From a virus: a stretch of DNA of 64,000 bases. The notes beneath the pieces are model-generated. The model was given only the letters and a program-made list of their open reading frames with translations, searched no databases and was not told the DNA's origin. The DNA lies in the IMG/VR virus record IMGVR_UViG_3300010354_000053, positions 40,758-104,757 of that record; one strand, given 5' to 3'. The position numbers were made by a program, and so were the translations under genes. Shown piece after piece: positions 18,707 through 27,323 of this stretch. The first letter of the stretch is position 1. Each line of letters starts with the position of its first letter.

Positions 18707-18958
18707 ATGAAAAAGAAATTTTCTGCAAAAATTGAGTTTTTGTTACCAGATGATTTTGAAGGCTCGTACCTTGAAGCGTTGAGAGAATATGTTGGGTATT
18801 TAGAGAAGAACGGATCGGAGGAAACAAACATTCCACAGTTTCTGCCAGAAGATTGGCACTTTGCGTTTTCATTAGGGCAGGGAAAGAAATCCTGCCATAG
18901 CTATTCAATAGAATTATTCGGAGTAGATGTTCAGGAATTAGAAGAATATCTCGATTAA
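18707..18958 (+). CDS. Hypothetical protein
   Basis: 83-aa ORF after groEL; no GroES motifs. Confidence 0.5.
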   Translation: MKKKFSAKIEFLLPDDFEGSYLEALREYVGYLEKNGSEETNIPQFLPEDWHFAFSLGQGKKSCHSYSIELFGVDVQELEEYLD

Positions 18959-18970
18959 TTAATAAAAAGA

Positions 18971-18981
18971 TGTGATATACT
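18971..18981 (+). promoter_or_regulatory. Extended -10 promoter candidate (TGTGaTATACT)
   Basis: TG-n-TATACT about 40 nt upstream of the fibre gene, followed by an AAGGAG RBS. Confidence 0.45.
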
Positions 18982-19021
18982 TTTATAGTGTTTTTTCACA
19001 CACACAAAGGAGTATTTTGTT

Positions 19022-20869
19022 ATGCAGATTAAAAAGAAGTTTATTAAGAATAATGCAGTTGATGGTGCGAAACTGCTTCTTCTTAACGATCAATCCGTTC
19101 GCGCCCTAGACGCTAGCGATAACGTTGTTGAGCTCATGAAGCTAGATGCTTCTGGCGATCTTCGTATGCTAGTTCTTCCAAAGGCATCCGTTGACCCTTC
19201 AGATGCAGAGCATCTAGCTCGTAAAGGCTATGTTGATACCGAAGTTTCTGGTGCGTTAAGCTCCGCAAACAGCTATACAGATGCACAGATTGCAGCAACT
19301 GTTGGTGCAGCTCCTGATCTTCTAAATACATTGCAAGAACTTTCAGCAGCTCTTGGCGATGATGAAAACTTTGCTTCAACAATCGCAAGCCAAATTAGTG
19401 CTCTTGATGGCAGACTAGATACACTAGAAGGCGACGAAAGCGTTGCTGACTCTGTTGAGCAACGAATTTCTGAGCGTCTTAACCCATCTGATTCACGCAG
19501 ATTCCTCTATGTAGACCTTACTGCTCCCGGCGGTTGGCATAAAGAATCTGAAAGTCTTTCATATACGCCAGATGGTACTGTTTTTAAGCCATTCAATACC
19601 ATCCAAGCCGCTATTAACCATGGCTATACTCAACTAGATGACATGACTTACGGAAATAGTGATGCAAATCATGACTTCGTAGTCGTTATTCGTGCGCTTG
19701 CTGCTGGAGATAGCACTGGTGCAAACGTAAGTATGCAAACTGGTAATAACGCTAGACCTCTTAGTATTAGTATTGACCCAGATGCAATTCGTACTGCGGC
19801 TGGCCTGAATGCTCTTTCTGCTGCTGGCGGCGGAAAATGTACAATCATGGTCGAAGATGGTTTAATTAACGGTATTATTCCAATTAAACTAGTTGGTACA
19901 ATCACAATTGCTGGTGCAAATACTACTCGTATTAAAATGAAGAATATCTTCATTGAAGCTCCGGGCGGTGTTAATAATACAGTGCTAACTATCAACGGTA
20001 CTGCTGGTCGCCACTATTTCGAAAATTGCGGTTTTTCTGGTACCGTCCAATTTTCTGGTGCATGGCGCCGTTGGCATGATTTCACAAATGGCTACCACTA
20101 TGGTCTAAAAATGCAAGGTACTCCTGCAGCAGACCAGAGTGTTTCGTTGAATCAAGAACAAGCTCTTGCTCAACAGCTTGTAGACTGCGGTACTCTTGTA
20201 GTTAATAACTGTGAAAGAATCCACTCTGTTGTTCATAATGCGGGTATTGTTTCTATTGCAAAATCTGCATTTACAAACGTTGCTGGTTTGGTGTCTTCGG
20301 CTGCAAGCCCTGGTGCTCTCTACCTAAGAGACGTTATGTTACATAACGGAGCTGCTTATTGTGCATTAACAAAAACCGGTTCTGCTCCTTATTTGTTCAC
20401 CAACGTCACAAGATCAGCCGCTGCAGAAAATGTTGCCGCTGGTACGCGAATGGCTCTTGGTGCATCTGCAGGCGACTTTAAATTCGTTCCAGCTTCTGTT
20501 GGCGATTGGACAGTTGCAGCGGGCGGAGAAGCTTCTGTTAAGTCTGCACTTGATGAGCTAAAATCCCAAGTTGTTTCTTCGTTGAATCAATTGGCAGATA
20601 TTACGTGGGTTTCAGGAAGCTTTGAAATCACTGCACAAATGATTGCTGATGGATATGTTGATTTAGGATTTGGCGCAGAATATGCAGAGGGCTCTCTAGT
20701 AGCGTTTATAGACAGACTAGCTATCCATGAAGGCGATGATTTTTCTTTGATCAATCTTGGCGACAATTGGAGAATGGCGTTTGATGGAAGTTTACTACCC
20801 GGTGGCGAGGAAGCACTTGCTGAGGGCGATAAAATTCGCATTAAATACCAGACCAGATCTGTTATCTAA
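19022..20869 (+). CDS. Tail fibre/virion appendage protein
   Basis: APDLLNTLQELSAALGDDENFA fibre motif, coiled segments, beta-helix-like central region. Confidence 0.7.
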   Translation: MQIKKKFIKNNAVDGAKLLLLNDQSVRALDASDNVVELMKLDASGDLRMLVLPKASVDPSDAEHLARKGYVDTEVSGALSSANSYTDAQIAATVGAAPDLLNTLQELSAALGDDENFASTIASQISALDGRLDTLEGDESVADSVEQRISERLNPSDSRRFLYVDLTAPGGWHKESESLSYTPDGTVFKPFNTIQAAINHGYTQLDDMTYGNSDANHDFVVVIRALAAGDSTGANVSMQTGNNARPLSISIDPDAIRTAAGLNALSAAGGGKCTIMVEDGLINGIIPIKLVGTITIAGANTTRIKMKNIFIEAPGGVNNTVLTINGTAGRHYFENCGFSGTVQFSGAWRRWHDFTNGYHYGLKMQGTPAADQSVSLNQEQALAQQLVDCGTLVVNNCERIHSVVHNAGIVSIAKSAFTNVAGLVSSAASPGALYLRDVMLHNGAAYCALTKTGSAPYLFTNVTRSAAAENVAAGTRMALGASAGDFKFVPASVGDWTVAAGGEASVKSALDELKSQVVSSLNQLADITWVSGSFEITAQMIADGYVDLGFGAEYAEGSLVAFIDRLAIHEGDDFSLINLGDNWRMAFDGSLLPGGEEALAEGDKIRIKYQTRSVI

Positions 20870-20880
20870 TTCGGTATAGT

Positions 20881-20918
20881 AAAAAAAAACCCCACCAAGA
20901 AATTGGTGGGGTTTTTTT
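20881..20918. terminator. Bidirectional rho-independent terminator
   Basis: A9-CCCCACCAA-GAAA-TTGGTGGGG-T7 between convergent genes. Confidence 0.9.
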
Positions 20919-20937
20919 GTTTATGAAACACTTCAAA

Positions 20938-22092
20938 TTAGCTGGCTGAAATCAAGTCAATCGAAAAACAAGAATCCGGCATCATTTTAATAAGATGCGC
21001 CCCTTCCGATCTCATTTGAATCGAAATCGTCCCGGCGGATGTTATTCTAAAAACACCATCGCCTATAACCAAAAAATTTGTGTTTGCAGCTGGCGCTGAT
21101 TGAGAAACAACGTTTGTTGTTAAACCTGTTTGGTCATAAGAAAATGTACTATTTGTTCCGTCGGCAGCTTGTGAAATATTCCAGAACGCGAAGCAGGTAG
21201 AAATACCCGCATCTGTTCCGTCAATACGCACACCAACGCCATTTGTTGCTGTGCTGCTCTGCATCAATCCCCAGAATTTAAATTTATACAGACCTATTGG
21301 CAAACTAGCAGAAGTCAATTCGCTGATCGAGCTGTAAGATGTTGAAGATGTAGTAATTTCGGTATTCAAAAAATAATTATAACGTTGCCCGAATCCAGTA
21401 CCACCAACTTTGTTATCTACATAGGCTTTAATGGCATCAACAGATGGAGACTGATCTGTTTCGTTACCAGAAGTTGAATTCACAACAACCGCTTCGGTTG
21501 CCCTGGTAGCAGAGAAGTACAAATTAGTATCGCCTTCTGAAATATTATCTGTATTAATAGATACGTTATTACTTACCGGCAATACGTTATTTACACTTTT
21601 TACTACATCGACATCATTAGCTTTTAAAGCTAGAGCGTCAAAGACTGCGTTTTGCGACGGGGCAATATTAGTTACGCCGTCAGTGATACTATCTGATATT
21701 GCGGTATCTCCGGTGGCAATTATTACATCTCCGGTCAGTCCGTTTACAGAAGTTACTGGTGCGGATGGATATGGAGGAAGTTGTTCTACGGGTACAAAGC
21801 CTGTTGAATCCAGTGTAGCTACACCATTTGCAACTCCCTTTTCACTTGCTTGAACTGTTCCGTCAGCAGTATTTAGGCGCTGCCACTCTGTTCCACTAAA
21901 AATAATCCAATCCCCAACCTCCCAATTTGATTCATTATCTATAGAGGTTGAGCCGGCTTGAGAAACTATGTAATAATTTCCTTTTTTCCCAATTCCCGAT
22001 GTTAACTCTGGATTATTAGATGAGGCGTCCCAAGTCCCTTTAAAATCAAAAACTCCAAGTTTATTTGCTCCAAATTTTTGAATAAAACTCAT
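20938..22092 (-). CDS. Virion fibre/structural protein
   Basis: FKGTWDAS..P...G.YYIVS.AG...W.VGDW, KGVANGVATLD...VP..QLP, VTSVNG.TGDV, TDNISEG.TNLYF repeats typical of phage fibres. Confidence 0.7.
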   Translation of the reverse strand: MSFIQKFGANKLGVFDFKGTWDASSNNPELTSGIGKKGNYYIVSQAGSTSIDNESNWEVGDWIIFSGTEWQRLNTADGTVQASEKGVANGVATLDSTGFVPVEQLPPYPSAPVTSVNGLTGDVIIATGDTAISDSITDGVTNIAPSQNAVFDALALKANDVDVVKSVNNVLPVSNNVSINTDNISEGDTNLYFSATRATEAVVVNSTSGNETDQSPSVDAIKAYVDNKVGGTGFGQRYNYFLNTEITTSSTSYSSISELTSASLPIGLYKFKFWGLMQSSTATNGVGVRIDGTDAGISTCFAFWNISQAADGTNSTFSYDQTGLTTNVVSQSAPAANTNFLVIGDGVFRITSAGTISIQMRSEGAHLIKMMPDSCFSIDLISAS

Positions 22093-22173
22093 TTTTTGCC
22101 TCTTATCATGTTACTAAAATATAAATATCATAAATATGATATCATTAAATAATAAAAAAAAGGATTTACTGAA

Positions 22174-22578
22174 ATGTTTGGAATCCAACCAATTGAGTAT
22201 TTTAGCAACATAAATGATTTTACTTTCATAAAAAGTTGGGAAGTATCTAGTGGTAGTCCGACCACTTTATACTTCATTTTAACAAAAACCGACGGTTTAG
22301 GGAATAGAAGATTTATTATAGACAATTCAACGACAGTCAACGTTGCGTTTTTACGATCTAGGCCGGCAAAAAGCGGGGAAACCGCTAAAACTATTTCAAA
22401 AACTGCAACCGTAGTATCACCTAATGATAAATCGTTATTTCAAATAACTTTATCTGCAGATGACGCGGCTACTATTCTTTCGGGTTCTGTACAGTTAATT
22501 GTGACAATCGGTGGCGCTCAAAACAAGAGTAGTGTGCCGTATATTGTGAAAAAGAGCATTTCTTCCCCAGGATTTTAG
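22174..22578 (+). CDS. Hypothetical protein (beta-rich, possibly structural)
   Basis: 134-aa ORF. Confidence 0.5.
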   Translation: MFGIQPIEYFSNINDFTFIKSWEVSSGSPTTLYFILTKTDGLGNRRFIIDNSTTVNVAFLRSRPAKSGETAKTISKTATVVSPNDKSLFQITLSADDAATILSGSVQLIVTIGGAQNKSSVPYIVKKSISSPGF

Positions 22579-22586
22579 TGTATAAT
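22577..22586 (+). promoter_or_regulatory. -10 promoter candidate (AGTGTATAAT)
   Basis: TGTATAAT, same as upstream of the capsid gene; GAGG RBS downstream. Confidence 0.5.
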
Positions 22587-22628
22587 TTTTTGTAGTTTAA
22601 CACTCTTTCTTTACAGAGGTATTTTAAT

Positions 22629-23156
22629 ATGGCTAGTCCACGTTTTTCCAAAGTTGCTAAACAGCTCGAAGACAATCTAAAAAACCTTGGCTATTCAAAA
22701 GCTAAGGCTAAAGTTGTTTCTCTTGATTCTGATGGCAATGTTATTGCTTGGTTGAATCTTTCTTCTGCAGGTTCAGCGGCTGGTGATCTTCAATGCTTCC
22801 TCCGTTTCAAGGCTTGGGAAGTTGCTGGTCTTCAATGGCCGGATTCAATGAAAACTCAACTCCATGCTGCTGGCCAATTTGCTGAAGGTGCTGCTTTAGT
22901 TGAACTCATCGTTGAATCTCCAGCGGCAACGCCTGCTGCTGGTGGACTTCATAAGTTCCTTCCAGATGTACTTCATGTTCTTCGCGGCCAAAACGGCGCT
23001 GCAGTTAAGTTAAAACAAACTGCTGCCGGAACTGCTCCTGCTCTTGCTCCAAGTGGAGCCCTTGCAACTGCTGCCGCAACATGGGATGCTGCAGGTGTTG
23101 AAGTCGGTGTGCTTATGCCTTATGGCCGCGGCACTGCTCCTGGTTCTTTGGCCTAA
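22629..23156 (+). CDS. Probable abundant virion protein (capsid decoration-like)
   Basis: Ala/Gly-rich, strongly biased codon usage like the capsid gene, own promoter and terminator. Confidence 0.5.
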   Translation: MASPRFSKVAKQLEDNLKNLGYSKAKAKVVSLDSDGNVIAWLNLSSAGSAAGDLQCFLRFKAWEVAGLQWPDSMKTQLHAAGQFAEGAALVELIVESPAATPAAGGLHKFLPDVLHVLRGQNGAAVKLKQTAAGTAPALAPSGALATAAATWDAAGVEVGVLMPYGRGTAPGSLA

Positions 23157-23161
23157 TTTAG

Positions 23162-23186
23162 TGGGCCGAAAGGCCCATTTATTTTT
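23162..23186 (+). terminator. Rho-independent terminator
   Basis: TGGGCC-GAAA-GGCCCA followed by TTTATTTTT. Confidence 0.8.
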
Positions 23187-23206
23187 AAAACATGAGGTAG
23201 ATAAGC

Positions 23207-23494
23207 ATGGCTCTTTTAACCCCTGAAGTAAAAAAACTTCTAAATGATTTTTCAAAATCACAGCCTGCGCTAAACCTTCCCGGCCTTCCTGCGGATCAAT
23301 CTGGTATCAAACTAGGTGATCTAATTGAAGCGGCTGCGGCTGGCGAAGTGGCAGATCAATCCGCAGCAATTGCAGCTCTTCAAGCAGCAGTTCTTGCTCT
23401 TCAAGGCGCTGTTACTACGCTACAGGGCCAAGTCAGCACTTTAGAATCAACCGCTGCTGATCACGAAGCTCGCATTACAGCTCTTGAACCGTAA
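23207..23494 (+). CDS. Small coiled-coil virion protein
   Basis: Heptad repeats ending HEARITALEP (fibritin/fibre-like). Confidence 0.55.
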   Translation: MALLTPEVKKLLNDFSKSQPALNLPGLPADQSGIKLGDLIEAAAAGEVADQSAAIAALQAAVLALQGAVTTLQGQVSTLESTAADHEARITALEP

Positions 23495-23507
23495 GAAGAG
23501 GTGGTAG

Positions 23508-24467
23508 ATGAAAAAAAGTGAACTGTTTCAGAACATCGATACACTGATGACTGAAGTTTTAGATCTCAAAAAATCTTGGGATTCTAAAATGGAAAAAGCG
23601 GAAGATGAGCCTAGTGATGCGCAAGAAGACGCAGTTCATATGGCAGATCATGGAGAAGACGAAGAAAGCCTTGCTGGATATGCAAAAAAACTTTCTGACG
23701 AAGAACTCCATGAATTAATTTCTTCTTTAGTCGAAGAAGCTGAAGGTCGTGGTAGCGATGAAGGCGGCGAAGAGCCATCCGAAGAGCCAGAAATGGAAAA
23801 GGCCGAAGATGAATCTTCCGAAGAAGAAATGAGTGATGAGGAAGAAGAAGACAAGGAAGATTCTGAATCCGAAGAAGCCGAAAAATCAGAAGACGGAGAC
23901 CTCGATTCCAAAGTAGCGGAACTTTCTGACGAAGAAATTAAAACGCTTATGTCTGCTGTTCAGGCTGAACTTGCTAAGCGAGGCGGAGACGCTGCTGAAA
24001 AATCTATGGACCCGTCAAAAATTAAGGCCGATCCTAAAGCCCCTTCCGAAGAGCAAAATAAGAAACACGAAGAGTGGCTTGCTAGTAGAAAGAAAGAAGA
24101 AGATGAGTCTTCTGAGAAAATGGAAAAAAGCTTAAAGGCAGCTCTTAAAAAGATTGATGACCTAACTGCACAAGTTGCTGCTCTTAAAAAGAGCAGTGCA
24201 AAAAAAGTCGAGCAAGGTTCTGTTGTTCCTGCTCAAAAATATGCAGATCCAAAAATTACTGTTCTTGAAAAATCATCATCTGATTCTTCAAAAGAAGTAA
24301 TGACTGGTGCAACTTTGGCGAACTGGCTCATCAGCGAGCAGGCTGCTGGTAACAAGAAAGTTAATTCTGACCTAGTTACTAAAGCCAACCTATCCAAGTC
24401 TGTTGAAGACGCTAGCGAGTTCTATAAAGAACTTGAAAGAATTGGTATTAAAGCTCCTCGTTCATAA
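23508..24467 (+). CDS. Putative prohead scaffolding/core protein
   Basis: Extremely acidic, helical, about 10 KS/KA motifs (MEKA, AEKS, LKKS, LEKS, LSKS). Confidence 0.6.
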   Translation: MKKSELFQNIDTLMTEVLDLKKSWDSKMEKAEDEPSDAQEDAVHMADHGEDEESLAGYAKKLSDEELHELISSLVEEAEGRGSDEGGEEPSEEPEMEKAEDESSEEEMSDEEEEDKEDSESEEAEKSEDGDLDSKVAELSDEEIKTLMSAVQAELAKRGGDAAEKSMDPSKIKADPKAPSEEQNKKHEEWLASRKKEEDESSEKMEKSLKAALKKIDDLTAQVAALKKSSAKKVEQGSVVPAQKYADPKITVLEKSSSDSSKEVMTGATLANWLISEQAAGNKKVNSDLVTKANLSKSVEDASEFYKELERIGIKAPRS

Positions 24468-24499
24468 TCCTATCCCTCCCCTATGAACTAGGAATTTCG

Positions 24500-24533
24500 C
24501 CCCTAAGATTTTTTCTTAGGGGTTTTCTTTTTT
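24500..24533 (+). terminator. Rho-independent terminator
   Basis: CCCCTAAGA/TCTTAGGGG stem followed by T-tract. Confidence 0.85.
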
Positions 24534-24562
24534 GTTAATTATGCGTAACATTATCGGCAGAG

Positions 24563-24841
24563 GTGGATATGGAACCGAAACTTATACGTTTATTGTGCAA
24601 ATCTTGTAGGCATTCGTTATTATGTTGGGAAGACAAAAAACCTACTAATTGCCCAGAGTGTAATGCTGCCGAATTAAAACCTGTAATTTCTGCGGCAACA
24701 GTTCCGGTTACAACTGGACATATGGTGGAATACCTGTACGACAATGTAGATACAATAGACTCATTTGTTTCCGAGCAAGCTAGTATCGAAGAGCAAGAGC
24801 GAGATTTGGATAAATTAGGGAAGGGACGAAGAAACGTATGA
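24563..24841 (+). CDS. Small zinc-ribbon protein
   Basis: CKSC...CPEC. Confidence 0.55.
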   Translation: MDMEPKLIRLLCKSCRHSLLCWEDKKPTNCPECNAAELKPVISAATVPVTTGHMVEYLYDNVDTIDSFVSEQASIEEQERDLDKLGKGRRNV

Positions 24842-26202
24842 GCTCCGAAATTAAAGATAATATTGTTAATTTTGATGCTAGGTTTCTCAAAGGGGCAATT
24901 CTTCGTTTAGTGTTGCAGCCAGCAATGATTGACAAATACCGTGAATATTTATATCCGGAAATGTTTGATATTGGCGACGAAAATCAGTCATTATTTCGTA
25001 TTGCAAAAGTACTGCTAGATCGCTCTAAGAATGAACCTGTATCTATGGAAGCACTATTAGGCTGGCTAAACCTACAGCCTTCGGGAGATGGGCGCGATGC
25101 AAGTATGCAGCTGGCCGAAAAAATGCGATTAGATGCAGATTTGTATAAGTTTGCACAAAACGACGGCTATTTTGCTGAATTCTTGCGATACCTCAAGGCA
25201 CAAACTTTTATTAATTCACACAAATCGGTTACTAAAAAATTTAAAAATACTGATTTTGATTCCGCTTATCGAGATCTTGAAGTAACACTTAGCAAAATCA
25301 AGTCGATTGGTACCGAAGAAGAAGAAACTGTAAATTGGGAGACTGCCCATAAATTTTTAGAAGAAAACTCACAAAAACGGTATAAACGATTTAAAATTGG
25401 TATTACTGATTTTGATACTATGGCTGGCTTTGAAGAACAGTCTATGAATTTGTTTATCTCTACTTCTGGTGGGGGCAAGAGCATGATGTCCATCCACCTA
25501 ATTGTTCAAGCTGTTCGACAGCAAAAACACGTGCACGCAATCTTTGTAGAAGATCGCCAACCAACTATTTTGCGTCGTTTATATGCAAACATGACTGGCA
25601 TTCCTATTAATGAATTATCTAAATATACTGATCTATCTCAAGACAAAAAGAATGCTATTCGTGCAGCATCTGTTGAGTTACAAAAATATGTAACGATTGA
25701 TTTTGTATATCAAAATCCACCATCTTCTATTTTGCAAAAAATATCTGAAAAAAATCGTGAACGCAGAAATCAAGGATTACCAGAAAATAAAGTTGTAATC
25801 ATTGACTACATTCAACATATTGGACATATGGCCCCGGGCGATAGCATGCATGAAAAACTCCATCGTGCTATGGCAGATTTTAAGGATTTTTGTTTAAAAC
25901 ATCATATGATTGGGTTTACGCACTTCCAAGTAAATCGTTCTGGCGCTGCAATGCTGCGCAATAACGACGAAAATCAATTAATTGACATGAGTATGATTTC
26001 GGGTTCATATAATGCTTGCTTTGTGGCCGATAATATTATTTCTATTAATAGAACCCCACAAATGCGTATCGATAATGAAGCAGTCCTGTACGTTATCAAA
26101 GGGCGGGAAGGATGTAATGAAAATAAATATAAAGTTAAAACAGACTTTGCCTACGGTATTTATCGTATGGAAACTGCTGAAAAACTGGAAGATGTTCTCT
26201 GA
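24838..26202 (+). CDS. Replicative DNA helicase (DnaB/SF4-like)
   Basis: STSGGGKS Walker A, VIIDYIQ Walker B, QVNR, ADNIISINR, KGREG. Confidence 0.88.
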   Translation: MSSEIKDNIVNFDARFLKGAILRLVLQPAMIDKYREYLYPEMFDIGDENQSLFRIAKVLLDRSKNEPVSMEALLGWLNLQPSGDGRDASMQLAEKMRLDADLYKFAQNDGYFAEFLRYLKAQTFINSHKSVTKKFKNTDFDSAYRDLEVTLSKIKSIGTEEEETVNWETAHKFLEENSQKRYKRFKIGITDFDTMAGFEEQSMNLFISTSGGGKSMMSIHLIVQAVRQQKHVHAIFVEDRQPTILRRLYANMTGIPINELSKYTDLSQDKKNAIRAASVELQKYVTIDFVYQNPPSSILQKISEKNRERRNQGLPENKVVIIDYIQHIGHMAPGDSMHEKLHRAMADFKDFCLKHHMIGFTHFQVNRSGAAMLRNNDENQLIDMSMISGSYNACFVADNIISINRTPQMRIDNEAVLYVIKGREGCNENKYKVKTDFAYGIYRMETAEKLEDVL

Positions 26203-26312
26203 AGTGTATTTGCATAATCAAAACAATGTTTTAAATATTTTAGTATTAAATTTTTAAATACCCGAGCGACAATAGAACTCTAGTCTAGATTTCTAATGGG
26301 AGCATTTTTTCG

Positions 26313-27293
26313 ATGCAAGCTTTGCCAAAAATTTTGCAGAAGCGGACGAATTTTAGACCATTTATATACCCAACAGCCTTCGATATTTTTGAAAAACAGC
26401 AAAAAGCACATTGGAATCCTTCAGAAGTTGAAATGGATGCTGATGTCCACCAGTACCACACTGAATTTTCTGAAAAAGAAAAACATGCAATTACAACTAT
26501 CTTAAAAATTTTCACGCAAACAGAAAATATTGTAGCTGATTATTGGACAAATGTTGTTGCCAAATGGTTTGTCCAGCCGGAAATTTGTATGATGGCAAAC
26601 ACATTTGCTTCATTCGAAGCAATTCATGCACAGGCATATGACAAGCTTAATACTGCTCTTGGTCTTGATACAAAAGAATTTTATTTGTCGTTTCTTGATG
26701 ATGAAGATTTAAAACATAAAACAGAATTTATTGAATCTAAAATGAAGATCAACGACGTAACTGACCTGCCGTTATCCCTTGCCGTTTTTTCCGGCTTTAC
26801 TGAAGGCGTATCGTTATTTAGCTCATTTGCAATTCTATTAAATTTTCAACGTTTTAATAAACTAAAAGACGTAGCAAATATTATTAGTTGGTCTATTCGA
26901 GATGAGAGCCTTCATTCTTCTGCCGGATGCTGGCTATTTAAAACACTTGTCGCTGAAATCAACTATTCTAAAGAACAGATAGCTGTTCTTGAAGAAGAAG
27001 TAAAAACTGCAGCAGAGCATATTCACGATATGGAAATGATTTATATCGATAAAATCTTCTTGGAAGACGAACTTGAAGGATTGAAAAAAGACGATATGAA
27101 AAACTTTATCAAACATCGTATCAATCAAAAAATGCGCGATCTTGGATTTAATGACATTTATACTAATCTTCCAACAGATAAAGTCGGTTCGTGGTTTAAT
27201 CCTCTGAACCAAGCCGTAGAATTTGTAGACTTCTTTGAAGCTAGGTCTACAAATTATGTCAAAGGTTGGAATTTCGGCAACATTAGCTGGTAA
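26313..27293 (+). CDS. nrdB: Ribonucleotide reductase class I beta subunit
   Basis: W.P.EV.M..D, EAIH..AY, TEGVSLFSSF, RDESLH, DFFEARSTNY. Confidence 0.95.
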   Translation: MQALPKILQKRTNFRPFIYPTAFDIFEKQQKAHWNPSEVEMDADVHQYHTEFSEKEKHAITTILKIFTQTENIVADYWTNVVAKWFVQPEICMMANTFASFEAIHAQAYDKLNTALGLDTKEFYLSFLDDEDLKHKTEFIESKMKINDVTDLPLSLAVFSGFTEGVSLFSSFAILLNFQRFNKLKDVANIISWSIRDESLHSSAGCWLFKTLVAEINYSKEQIAVLEEEVKTAAEHIHDMEMIYIDKIFLEDELEGLKKDDMKNFIKHRINQKMRDLGFNDIYTNLPTDKVGSWFNPLNQAVEFVDFFEARSTNYVKGWNFGNISW

Positions 27294-27323
27294 GCATCAC
27301 CCTCCTACAAGAGAATATAAATT

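Noticed and set aside
18707-18958. Small ORF after groEL as possible GroES
   Set aside because: Lacks the PL.DRV, GG(I/L) mobile loop and V..GD.V motifs
23640-23960. GAA/GAT-rich low-complexity stretch
   Set aside because: Explained by the acidic scaffold-like protein sequence
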